Below the pieces are notes generated by a model. It was not told where the DNA came from. It saw only the letters and a list, made by a program, of their open reading frames with translations, and searched no databases. From the NCBI GenBank assembly GCA_028534125.1, contig CM052816.1:85810001-85874000 (forward strand): DNA of 64,000 nucleotides, written 5' to 3'. Position 1 is the first letter of the stretch. Every line of letters starts with the position of its first letter. The position numbers and the translations under genes are program-made. The stretch comes from Lama glama. Its lineage: Eukaryota. Shown here piece after piece: positions 13,801 through 26,902 of the stretch.

Positions 13801-15669
13801 GTGAGCATAAATTCTCTCAGCTATTCTTCATCTGAAAATATATTTATTTGCTCTCATTTTTGTGCTATTCCAAGAGCCAAATAGGTCACAAGTACAATGT
13901 ATTTAGATCCTGCGAACTATAACATAATGTAAAGTATGCTTTTCAGTAGACAGCAAGCAGCAAAAATTGCTCACATTCTGCCTTTTTTTTTTGCCAGAAT
14001 CAATTACTTGTATTTTTTCTCCTCATTCTTTTCAATTTTAGCAGTCTATACTTTATTTCTCAGATGGTAGCAATGGAAATGAGATGAGCTTCCATATAAC
14101 CACTTCATATAGTTGCCTTAAATTTGTTCTCATGTGGTATAACAAGTTTAAAAAAACAGGCTCTGCATTAGACTAACCTAGCAGCTTTGGGAAAATACTG
14201 TAAAGATTTATGGATTTTCTTTTGGCCTATTGTATTTGGAAGTGTGTTGGGGGATGTGAAAAACAGGGAGAATAGGTTTGAAATGTTCCTTAGGTAACAC
14301 TTTTTCTACAGCTTATCTGTTAACTGGTGTACAAAAGCCACTATAATTTAATAAGGAAATAAATGTCACAAATTTAAGTGAGAGAGTATATTGAAGTTAT
14401 TTTATGACCTAGCATGCTGAAAAATTATGAATTTTAACAGAACAAGCATATGAAACCTATCCAATAAAATAATTCAGAGGCTACATAGTGAACAGACGCT
14501 GAGGTAGTGTTGTACATTGTATTGTTTTTTAAAATCCACGTGTTCAGACATTGTGGGAAAAGTATTTTGAAACTGTAACAAAAATACAGCAAAACACTGA
14601 GCTTGCTTTTCACAGTTGGAATGGAAATTGTTCTAAATACTGGGTTATTTCTCTCATTTTTAAAATGAAGCAGGGTCCTTAGTGATTAGAATGAACCAGA
14701 GAGAAATTGTTCTCAGAAATTAGAAGTCTTTGTAGTTGTCAGATAGAATAAACACAATTCCTGATGGAGTGGCTAAGCGACAGCAGCCACCTTTTGTTCA
14801 TTACATTACCAGAGGATACCCAATGAATGACAATTTTTGCAATCCTGAACCTACATTGTTATTCAAAGGAAAAAGAAGAATGACTTATAAAGTTCTTAGC
14901 AGTAATGATGCTTGTCCCAACAGATGAGAGAAAAAGCTAAGCAGCTGCAAGACGCTGTTTGATGAGGAGGATTATGATTAAAGAAGGACCACATCAGGGC
15001 TTTTACACACCTGATAGGGGGATTATGTGAACTATGGAAAATAATGGAGTGTTAGCCTTCATGAAACCTCTCCTACTTGATTTAATTGAGACTTAGAGGG
15101 GGTTACTAAAATCATTACTCACACAATACAAGTTAAATAATATTCCAAATTCAATTTTACTTTTTGTATCAAAGAATATATAATATTAGACAGTAATGAA
15201 ATGTGATTTGAAAATGTGAATGAAATTGAAGATTTCTTTGGACATGATCATAGCATAGATATCCATACATTATGCTGTTATCCTTAACTGGCTATAGTCT
15301 ATCAACCAGGTAATTATCAAATATCAGTGAATAGGAGTAATGATATTCTGATTCATTCAATGCAAATAATCCTGAATCTGTTTTTTTATGTATTAACAGA
15401 AATATTAGTAAAATCCAAGATGTTCACTATCAAAACAATGAATCTTAGAGCTTCTCTCTATAGATATGAATATAGATATAGCCGTTAGAGTGCCAGACAA
15501 ATTTAAGTGGTTCATTGGTTGTTAAATCCAAATACCACTCAAATAAAATTGTTACAGCCCTGGTACAATTCTACTAAAGGAAGAGGACTTACATGAACTT
15601 AAAATGATGCTATGGAAGGAAATAAGGTTTCAGACAACTTTTTTAAAAGAAAATTATATAGGTAGAAAG

Positions 15670-15890
15670 TAAGTATAATGGGAAAAAGTCAGTTTTAGAC
15701 ACCAACTCTTTAAATACAAATTTTGCCACTTGCAAGCCATATTGTTATGTATGTTATCAAACCTCTGCAAATTTAACTCCTTATCTCTAGACTATGATAC
15801 TCTTCTAAAATAGCTAATGCTAGCTATTGTTAGCTATTAATACCTGATACCCAGTTACTAGTCAATAAATGAATGGTTACATTATTATAA
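15670..15890 (+). mobile_element. MIR SINE relic
   Basis: TTTGCCACTTGCAAGC...AACCTCTG...CCTTATCTCTA...CCTGATACCCAGTTACTAGTCAATAAATG follows MIR core and tail order. Confidence 0.55.
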
Positions 15891-16827
15891 ATAAATTTAC
15901 AAAAATAATTAGATTGATGTGGTTTATTATTAATGCTAAATTTAAAAAGTAATGTATATCACTGAGAATTAAATGGCTGAATATTTGTCTACAATCTTGA
16001 ATGGAAAAGGTACATAAGCTTTATAATGTCCTAGAACACTTCAGAAACTATGGAAAAATTAGCATAGTCATCTAAACTGAATCTAGGTTCTGAATTTATA
16101 TAAATTAAATCTTTTCATGTTTACAATCTACATTTAAAGTGCCTTAAGTACATACACTGATCTCTTTTATTTTACTGATATCCTGCAGATTTTATTATGC
16201 AAAATTGTGTTACAGGAAAGTACACATTTGAGGTAATACCAATTGGAAAAAATGCTATTTAACTCTTTATAATAAATATTTTTATTGTTTTCATTGCATG
16301 TAATTGTTGAGAACTGGCTGTTTAATGATTACCATGCAATCTGAGAAGCCACTTATTTTGAAACCTATTTTAATTTTTGATTTTAAATTTCTTAGCTTGA
16401 TCTTGTCCCAGCATAATATTTAGCTCATTAGTAAATAGCTTTATTGTTATAATACACAGATTTCTAAATTATACATTTAGAAAACAACTATAACTTTGTT
16501 CTTTCTTTGGATATAAAGTGTGATTAAGTTCAATGAAAAAGAAGACTCCTTTGTTTAAAAGGTGCTTAAGATACCTCACCATTACATAGGATTGCTTTTA
16601 TGTTCATTGAAGATATATTTATATATAACTGTCTCTTCATGTGTGTTAACTTATTAAAAATGATCTTTTTACAACAAGGACTCAGGTAATAGACTAGTGA
16701 ACATAAGGGATGGTGGTGATAGGGATGGGTCACAGGTAGAAAAATTGTGCTGTTAAAGTTTTTTTTTTTTTTTAATTTTACAATTTCAAGTGAGATCAAT
16801 CAGCTCTGTCATCTTGCTTATTCAGTA

Positions 16828-16899
16828 TGTAATATGAAAAGCATCTAGCAGTGGTGTGATTAATCTTTCACACCACTGCTAGATGCACTTCGTATTTCA
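16828..16899. repeat. Inverted repeat / hairpin: 19-bp perfect arms, 8-nt loop, extended imperfect lower stem
   Basis: GCATCTAGCAGTGGTGTGA (16841-16859) is the exact reverse complement of TCACACCACTGCTAGATGC (16868-16886). Confidence 0.95.
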
Positions 16900-19800
16900 C
16901 TCATTTTTCCCTGAAACTTTAAGAACACCATGAGAGGCTGATTATGTTTTTCATTTTCTAATTTTGAGACAACTAGAAATGGATATCCTCTTATAAATGA
17001 TTCTAATATAATCACAGCATCTTCAATGAACAAGGCACTGAAATTGATTCACCATTAGCTCCAACAGTTAAGAACCTTCATAGTACATTGGTTTTATGAC
17101 TTCTCTAAATTACAAATCTTTACAATTAAGCTGACACAAGTGAAAGCATGAAGTTTTCATTAAAATAGTATGAACAAATTCCATTTTCCTTTGCTTCTTA
17201 GGAAATATGACAAGAAATTATATATCATAGTTTCTGAATTTAATAAAAGGAATCAGATTTCTGGATAAATATCCATGTAGAGTTTATATGTGTGAGATTA
17301 AAATTGGAACGGGAATATTCCATATGATAGTGTTACTATGATTTGTAGGAAACCAAATGTTCAAGTTAATTCACATTATATTTTATGTTAGTTACATCAT
17401 CTGTTGCATTTACAAAGGATTTTAGTGTTGTAGCTAATTCTTTTCTTACAGCTAGTTCTGTATTCATGTTTTAGCTAATTTTCTTTAGTGGGGCAAGATT
17501 AAAATTTTATTTGTTTATATTTTCCCACTTACCCAATTTCTAAAGGCTTTTCTCTATTAATTGTCAATATGATATCTCTTATGTATGTTGAAAAGTTTTC
17601 CTTAAGAATCTAATATATCTGTCCAATTATGGCAGCACTTGTTAAGCTAAGTCCTTATACTAGTTTCAAAGAGAATAAATTGTTCATCAAACAAAATGAT
17701 AACAAGGAAAGAGGTGACCACTTATAATCCTTTTCTGGTGAATTTGTTAACCTCCGTGACTCAAATCAGGGCTAGATCACAATTCCTGATAGCTGGAGCT
17801 TTTGAACAGCTTTTCTGAAATGCCAAATGCAACAAGTCTATAGCTCTGAGATTCATTTTTATTTTCCCTCAGGAATAAGGTAACATTCTAAATCAAGATA
17901 AAAACACTGAATTTTATGAGTTTCTCTAATAGGAAAAACAATTATATAAATAGGATCATATTTCCAAACGTTCAGCTATTGATTGCTGAAAGAAGTTCCT
18001 AAACAATGAAAAAAATCCAAAACACATTTAAAATATTTATAATTTTACTTAAATCTTTAAGATACTTCATAGGTGCTCTCTAATAGTATCAGTGTGGTGG
18101 GTTATTTGATTTTCAAAGAAGAAAAATTTGAATATACTATGGGCAGTTGACATGGGTAAGAATCTGACTCTCACCAATATGATAAATAACACCTTAATCT
18201 CTTTAACCAGGAGCCCCACTTTCATGCAGCTTGCTCCAATTAAATAACATTTCTTACTTATGCAGAATGTGTAAGAAGGTTTAGATACCTTTCTTTGTTC
18301 AAGGCCACTTATCATTTAGAAACAGAATTGAAATGCTTTGATACTCCAAGACAGGATTAGCCCTTCTACTGTTTACATGTAAAGACAGAGATGATCACTT
18401 ATTCTATGACAAAGGAGTAACAGTGCAAAGCTCGCTTTGCTAAGCAACCTGCATAGTCTTTAGTGGATAAATGCATGCTAAGATTGCAATGAAAAAAAAA
18501 ACAGTAGCTCTCAATGTTTCTGAAAGGAAAAAAGAAAAGGTTAACAAAAGCATTAACTAATACAAATTTTTGAAATACATGGCTGTGTAATAAATTTAAC
18601 ATTTTACATATATGTCTAGTTATAGGTTTATACATTTTAAAATAAATTTTGATATGATAAATGTATTCCAAAATAAAAGATAACTCGTATTTCATTTGTA
18701 ATTGGTTTACACAATGCCAAAATAGCTGTCCAAATCAATACAACTAAAAGTAGTATAATTAGTACAGTCATACATAGATTGATTATTTTCATCAGTATTG
18801 ATTCAGTTAATAGGCTACTTTGAAAAATAATTGGACAAAAATGTATTCAGACAAATAAGAAAAGATGAATTGTTATATAAACAAAGTATATAAATCAATA
18901 ATTCAAATCAAAGTTTACCATTTAAGTGACTATTAGTTTTAATTGATTCATTCATGACATGTATACATTGACTATGATGGAAAAAAAACAAACTCCTAAA
19001 AGCTAATCTATATACATGTTCATGATGTACTGTATATAGTTTTAATAGAAATAATTCAAAGATACTCTCTTTGAGTTATTAGTATAGGAAGACTAGAAGC
19101 ATAAAGTAAAGATTTTATGATTTCAGCACATGGGACCAGGAGGTCCCATCATTTCCTGTATCATCACCAAGTAATATCACTTTTTCTTAACACTTTAAAT
19201 ATTAGCCATCACCAAATATTTTCATAGAAAGTATTTTCCTATAAGATATATAGGCAGTAAAGGAGAAATTTAAAAAAGAAACAGTTTCTAAACGTAAACC
19301 AAAAATTGTAACTGCTATTTCATCCATAGACCCTCTGTCTCATCTTAAACCCCAAGTTGCAAAATATAGCTTTGTTCTGCCATAATCCATTCTGTCATCT
19401 CCTTTCTCTATCTGCCAGCAATTCAGCTGTACTGGGTTCTTGATCAGGTAACATGAACTTTTATTCTTGTAGCGTATGAGCCCTTCATGATCTTTCCCTA
19501 GACAGTTGATATCATTCCCACTGATCAGTAACACGGTATGAAGGAGTGCTAAGGAACATCTTGTTGAATTAACTAGGTCCCAAAGATAGTCCTCTCTGCC
19601 CCATTACATAACAGAAACCAGTTTCTCCCTCATAATTGGAATAGATTAATCTCTCAGCTAAGTGACTAGAAAGCAGTCTCAAATTCCATTTCATCTGAAC
19701 CTATACTTTTCCTGGTGAATGCATTCATCTGTTGGTCACTTTGTTCTCTAATCTTTTCCAGAGACAGAAGGCAAAACATGTTGATTGTTAAAGTCATATT

Positions 19801-20091
19801 GAAAGGGGATCTTCTCAATTTCACCTCATGTGTCTCAAGGCAGTGCCTACCGTCTCTGGGTGAGAGGGCTTGTATATTGGCCATGACTGGTCATGACATT
19901 TGTAGGACTTTATCTTCCAGTTGGTATCATAATTTAGCCTTCAATAGGACAGTCTATATTTCCGTCAGGTCATGCTTTTGACTGATGGGGTAATATTACC
20001 AAATTCAAAGGCCACAAGAATTTATTTTTAAAGATAGCTTTATGGAGGTGTGATTGACTATGCAAAGCTGTACATGTTTGAGCTACAAATC

Positions 20092-20960
20092 TTTTTCTTC
20101 CAGTCTTATTGAGATGTAATTGACATCCAGCCGTGTATAAGTTTAATGTGTACAGCATGTTTTGAATTATATGCATCATGAAATCATTATCATAGTAAGT
20201 TTAGTGAATACCCATCATCTCATAAAGATACAAAATTAAAGAAATAGAAAAAAATTTCCTTGTGATGAGAACACTTAGGATTTACTCTCTTAACAACTTT
20301 AATATGTAACATCCATCAGTGTTAATTATATTTATTATGTTGTACAGTACATCCCTAATACTTATCTTATAACTGGAAGTTTGGACCTTTTGACTGCCTT
20401 CATCCAATTTCACCCCACCACCACTCTCTATTAACTGCAAATCTGATTTCTTTTATGAGTGTGTTTGTTTTGAAATGTAATTGGCCTACAACACTATGTT
20501 AGTTCCTGTTACACAACATAGTGATTTGATATTTCTGTATATTTCAAAATGATCACCATAATAAATCTGGTTAAGATATGCAACATACAAAGATATCTCA
20601 TAGTTATTGACTGCATTCCCCACACTGTACATTTCATACTGTACATTTCACTGTACATTTAGTTGAATCATTTATGCTGACACTGCAAGTTTGTCCTTTT
20701 AATCTCCCTTATCTATTTTTCATTCAACATCCACCTCTCTGGCGTCTACCTGTTCTTTATATCTGTAATTCTGTTTCTGTTTTGTTATGTTTGTTCATTT
20801 GTTTTGGTTTTTTTTGGATTCCACTTATAGGTGAATCATACAGTGTTTGACTTCCTCTGTCTAACTTATTTCATTTAGCATAATACCCTCTAGGTCCATC
20901 CATGTTTTCACAAATGGCAAGATTCCATTTTTTTAATGGCTGAGTAATATTCTGTTATGT
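20092..20960 (-). mobile_element. 5'-truncated LINE-1 3' end with a composite two-module 3' UTR
   Basis: Plus strand TTTTCTTCCAGTCTTATTGAGATGTAATTGAC (element end) through GCATAATACCCTCTAGGTCCATCCATG (end of ORF2); homologous to 49389-49825 and 55060-55510. Confidence 0.9.
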
Positions 20961-21169
20961 ATATATCTCTATACATTTTATTGAGTAACAAATAGAATAC
21001 GTTTATTAGAAACTAAATATCTAATTTTTATGTGGAGGTTGAACAAAGTTTATCCATAGCATTTTTAATTGATTGAAAATAATTTGAAATATTTTTGTGT
21101 GTGTGTTTATGAATTTATTACATGTATAGATTTATATATATTTATATAGCTCTTTTTTAATGTGTCCCA

Positions 21170-23990
21170 GTTTTTTTTTTATTCAGGTATAGTTGATTTA
21201 TAATATTATATAACTTTTAGGTGTACAACACTTGTGACTCACAATTTTTAAAGATAGACTCTGTTTATAGTTATTATAAAATACCTCTATATCTCTTGTT
21301 CTGTCAAATATATCCTTGTAGCTTATTTAATTTATACACAGTAATTTGTAACTCTTAACCTCCTACCCTATATTGCCCCTTGACTTTTTCTGTCCTCACA
21401 GTAACCATTAGGTTTGTTCTGTATAATTGTGAGTCTCTTTTTTTTGTTACATTGACTGGTCTGTTTTATTTTTTAGATTTCACATATAAGTGATAACATA
21501 TAGTATTTTTCTTTGTCTGACTTACTATACTAAGGATAATACACTCCAGGTCCATCTATGATTTGCAAATGGCAAAATTTAATTATTTTCAGTAGCTGAA
21601 TAGTATTTCATTGTAAATACATACATATTTTCTTTATTCATTCATGTGTTGGTGGACATTAGGTTGCTTTCATATCTTGGCAACTGTACATAATGTTACT
21701 ATGAACATTGAGATGTGTGCATTTTTTCAAACCAATGTTTTCATTTTCTTATAGCCAAGAATGGAATTGAAGAATCATAGGTAATTCTATTTTAGTTTTT
21801 TTTCCAGAAACTACATGCTATTTTCCCCATTGACTGCACCAATTTACATCCCCACCAACAGTTTACAAGTATTCTCTTTTCTCCAGATCCTCACCAACAT
21901 TTTTTATTTGTGGTCTTTTTGATAATAACCATTCTGACATGTATGAAGTGATATCTCATTGTGGCTTTGATTTGCATTTTTTTTTTGATTAGTGTTGGTG
22001 AGCATCTTTTCCTGTGCCTATAGGCCATCTGTATGTCTTTGAAAAAGTGTCTATTCAGATTCTCTTCCCTTTTTTTGAATCAGGTTGTTTTTTAAATATT
22101 GAATTGTATAAGCTGTTTAAAGATTTTGGATATTCATCCCTTATTGGTCATATCATTTGTCAATGTTTTCTCCCATTCAGTAGGTTGTCTTTTTATTTTG
22201 TCAGTGATTTCCTTTGTTGTGCAAAACACTTATAAGTTTAATTAGACTACATTTGTTTATTTTTGCTTTTGTTTCCTTTGTCTTTGGAGATGGATCCAAA
22301 AAATATCGCTATGATGTATTTCAAAGAGTGTTCTACCTATGTTTTCTTTTAGTAATATTATGGTTTTCACTCTTACATTTAGATCTTTAATGCATGGTTT
22401 TTTTTAGTTTCTAATAGTTTACTGTTAGTGAATAGAAATATAACAGATTTCTGTATATTAATTTTGTATCCTGCCAATTTACTGAATTCATTGATGAGCT
22501 CTAGCAGTTTTTTGGTAGCATCTTTAGGATTTTCTATGGATAGTTTCATACTTTGTTTTTCAAACCATGACAGTTTTACTTCTTCCTTTCCAATTTGGAT
22601 TCTTTTTATTGCCTTTTCATGTCTGATTGCTGTGGCTAGGAACTGCAATAATGTGTTGAATAAAATTGGTGAGACTGGACATCTTTGTCTTGTTCTTTAC
22701 CTGAAAGGGAATACTTTTAGCTTTAAACCATTGAGTACGATGTTAACTGTGGGTTTATCATATGTGGCCTTTATTATGTTGAGGTATTTTTCCTCTATAT
22801 CCACTTTCTGAAGAGTTTTTATCATGAACAGATGCTGAATTTTTTCAAAATACTTTTCTGCATCTATTGAGATGATCATATAATTTTTATTCTGTGACTA
22901 ATAAGTGTGGCATATCACATTAATAGATTTGTGGATATTGAAAAATCCTTCCATCCTTAGAAGAAATACCACTTGATTGTGGGGTTTGATAGCCTTTTAA
23001 TTGTAGCTTGCTATCATAGCTTGCTAATATCTTGTTGAGGATTTTTGTATTTATGTTCATCAGCGATATTGGCCTATAATTTTCTTTTTTGTGACATCTT
23101 TGTCTGGTTTTAGTAACAGCAATGTTGGACTCAGAATAATTTTGGAGGCATTCCTTCCTCTGCAATGTTTTGAAATAGTTTGAGAAGGGTAGGTGTTAAT
23201 AACTCGTCCCTAAATTTTGGGTAGAATTCACCTGTGAAGCCATTTGGTCCTGGGCTTATGTTTTTTGGAATTTTTTTAAATCACTGATTCAATTTCATTA
23301 CTGGTAATTGATCTGTTCATATTTTCTACTTCTTCCTGGTACAGTCTTGGGAGATTGTACATTTCTAGGAATTTGTCTATTTCTTCTATGTTGTCCATTC
23401 ATTGACATATAGTTGTTTCTAGTAATTGCTTATGATCCCTTGTATTTAGTGACAGTTATAACTTTTCCTTTTTCACTTATGATTTTATTTGAGCCCTCTC
23501 TCTTTTTTTCTTGATGAGTCTGGTTCAAGGTTTATTTATTTTGTTTTCCTTTTTAAAAATTAGCTCTTTGTTTCATTTATCTTTATATATGTTTATATTT
23601 TTTATATATTTATTTATATATGTTTAGCTTCTATTTCATTTATTTCTACTCTGATCTTTATGATTTATTCCCTTCTACTAAATTTGGGTTTTCTTTGTTC
23701 TTCTTTATCTAATTTCTTTAGTTGTAAGATTAGGTTCTTTATTTGAGATTTTTCTTGTTTTCTGAGGAAAGTTTTATTGCTATAAACTTTCTGTTAGAAC
23801 TACTTCTGCTGTGTCCCATCGATTTGGATAATTCTGTTTTCCTTTTCATTTGTCTCCAGGTATTTTTTTTTTCCTTTTGTCTTCAGTGATCCATTTGTTG
23901 TTTAGTAGCATATATTTTAGCATTCACATGTTTGTGCTTTTTGCAGTTTTTTTATTTCCCTGTAGTAGATTTCTTGTCTTATATTATTGT
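21170..23990 (-). mobile_element. LINE-1 (3' UTR plus ORF2), internally deleted near 22395
   Basis: Minus-strand ORF remnants [16 protein letters not shown] (22697-22879), KKENYRPISLMNINTKILNKILA (22920-23165), [31 protein letters not shown] (22379-22648); poly-T at ~21170. Confidence 0.93.
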
Positions 23991-26902
23991 ATATCACATC
24001 ATCTTTATCTATTCATTATTATGAGAATTTAGGTCAGTTCCATATCTTAGCCATTGTAAATAATGCTTCAAAAAACATAATGGTGCATGTATATTTTCTA
24101 GTTAATATTTTCATTTCCTTCAGATAAGTACACAGGAATGGAATTGCTGGATCATACGGTGGTTCTATATTTAGTGTTTTAAGAAACCTCTGTACTGTTT
24201 TTCCTAGTGGCTCAACTCAACCGACAATGCTTGAGTGTACCCTTTTCTCCACTTCCTGGAAAACACATGCTAGTTTTTGTCTTTTGGATTATAGCCATTC
24301 TGAGAGGTATGATGTGTTATCTCATGATTTTGATTTACATTTCCCTAATAATTAGTGATACTGAGTATTTCTTATGTGCCTATAAGCCATCTGTATGTCA
24401 TCATTAGAAAAATGTCTCTTCAGATACTTTGTCCATTTTGTTTGCTTTTTTGATGTTGAGATGGATGGATTCTTAGTTTATTTTGTATATTATCCTGTTA
24501 TTGGATATATCAAATACAAATAACTTCTTCCTTTCAGTAGGTAGCCTTTTTGTTTTATTGATAGTTCCTTAATGTGCAAAAGCTTTTTAGTTTGATGTAG
24601 TCCCATTTGTTTATTTTTTCTTTTGTTTTCTTTGCCCAAGGAGACATATGGAAAAACTGAACACTAAGACCAATGTCAAAGAGCTTACAGCATATTTTTT
24701 CTTCAAGAAGTTTTATGAGTTAAGGCTTTATATTTGTTTTTAAACCATTTTGAACATATTTTTGTGTGGAGAATGAGAGAGCAGTCCAGGTTGATTATTT
24801 TTCATGTGACTATCCAGTTTTCCAAACACTGCTTATCATGTATTCATGCTTCCTTTGCCACAAATTAATTGCCCATGTAAATGTGGATTTATTTCAGATT
24901 TCTTTATTCTGTTCCATTGAACTATGGTTTTGTGCCAGTACCATGATGTTTTGAAGATTATAGTTTTATAATATAGTTTAAAAGCAGGAATTGTGATACT
25001 TCTGGCTTGTTCTTCTTTCTCAAGATTTTTGTTTTTGCTTACTTGAGGTCTTTTGTGATTCCACACAAATTTTAGAATTATTTGTTCTAGTTTCATGAAA
25101 AATACCATTTATGTTTTGATAGGGATTGTGTAGAATCTTTAGACTGCCATGGGTATCAGGATCCTTTGAACAATATTAATTCTTTCAATTTGTGTATGCA
25201 ATATATTTTCCATCCATTTGTGTCATCTTCAGTTTCTTCCATCAATGTCTTATAGTTTTCTGAATATAGGTCTTTTATCTGCTTAGGTGCATTGCAAGGT
25301 ACTTTATAATTTTTTGATGAGATTGTAAATGGAATTATTCCTTAATTTGTCTTTCTGATAGTTTGTTGCTGTTGTATAAAAATGCAATAGATTTCTGAAT
25401 ATCAATTTTGTATCCTGCAACTTTACCAAATTTATTGACAACTTCTAATAGGTTCTGGTAGTATGGTTAGAATTTTCTATGTATAATGATATGCCATTTG
25501 CAAAAAAAGTGACAGTTTTACTTCTTCTTGTATTCTTTTTATGTCTTTTTTTTTTGTCTGACTGCTGTGGCTGGGACTTCCAATAAAGCATTTAATAGAA
25601 ATGGTGAGAGTAAGCATCCTTGTATCATTTCTGATCTGTGAGGAAATGCTTTCAGCTTTTCAGCATTGAATATGATAACTGTGGGCTTGTCGTATATGGT
25701 CTTTATTACATTAAGTTGTGTTGCCTCTATACCCACTCTCTGAAGTTTTATTATAAATGAATGTTCAATTATTTCAAGATATTTTTCTGCATTTGTTAAA
25801 ATAATTATATTGTTTTTATTCTTCAGTTTTTAAGTATAGTATATCACATCTTTTTTGTAATATCTTTGTCTGGTTTTATTACAAAGGTGATGCTAGAATC
25901 TTAGAACGAGTCAGGAATCCTTCTGCCACTGTAATTTTTCAGAATATTTTGAGACAGGTATTAACTCTTCTGTAAATGTTTGCTAGAATTCACCTGTGAT
26001 ACCATCTGCTCCTGTAACTTTGTTTGCTGGGAGTTTGTTTTTTGGTTTTCTTTGTTTGCTTGTCTTGTCAATTTCATTAATAGTAACTGGCTGGTTATCT
26101 TTTCTACTCTTTCTGGTTCAGTTTTTGGAGATTGCACATTTCTAGTAATTTGTTTCTTTATTCTAGTCTTTCCATTTTATTGGTGTTTATTTGCTAATAA
26201 ACATATAGTAACCTGTTATGGTCCTTTGTATTTCTGTTGTGTTGCTTGTAAATTCTTTTTTAATTTCTGATTTTATGGATTTGGACTCTCTCTTTTCTTC
26301 TTGATGACTATCGCTAAATGTTTATTAATTTTGTTTATATTTTCAAGAAACTAGCTCTGAGTTTCATTAATCTTCTCTATTTTTTGTTTTAGTTTTTTAG
26401 TCAACATTTGATTTTTTTCTGTTCTGGTCTTAATGATTTATTTCCTTCTACCGTCTTTGCATTTTATTTGGTGTTCTTTTCTTTGGTTCTTTTTGGTGTG
26501 AGGTCAGGTTGTTTATCTGAGGCTTTTTTTTTCCCTGAGGTAGGATTTTATGACTATAAAATGTCCTCTTAGAACTGTTTTTGCTGCATCACAGGGATTT
26601 TTGATTACTAAAATTTCATTTTCATTTGTCTCCACATTTTTTGTTTGTTTCCTCTTTGATTTCATCAATGATTCATTGGTTGTTTAGTAGCATATTGTTT
26701 AACCTCCTCCTATTTGTGTTTGTGCATTTTTTGTTTTTTGTTTGTTTGTTTTTCTTTTAGTTGAATTTTAGGCTCCCAAACTTTTGATCAGAAAAAGTGC
26801 TTGATATCATTTCAGTTTTCTTAAATATACTGAGACTTGTTTAATGGCCTATCATATGATCTATCCTGGGGAATGTTCTCATATGCTTTTGAAAAAAAAT
26901 GT
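23991..26902 (-). mobile_element. Second LINE-1 ORF2 copy in tandem, with no visible 3' UTR
   Basis: Minus-strand remnants [16 protein letters not shown] (24836-25108) and IYDKPTVIIFNAEKLKAFP (25539-25736); covers the same ORF2 span as the previous copy. Confidence 0.9.

Noticed and set aside
19130..19149. 8-bp stem ATGGGACC/GGTCCCAT with 4-nt loop
   Set aside because: Short enough to arise by chance in 64 kb
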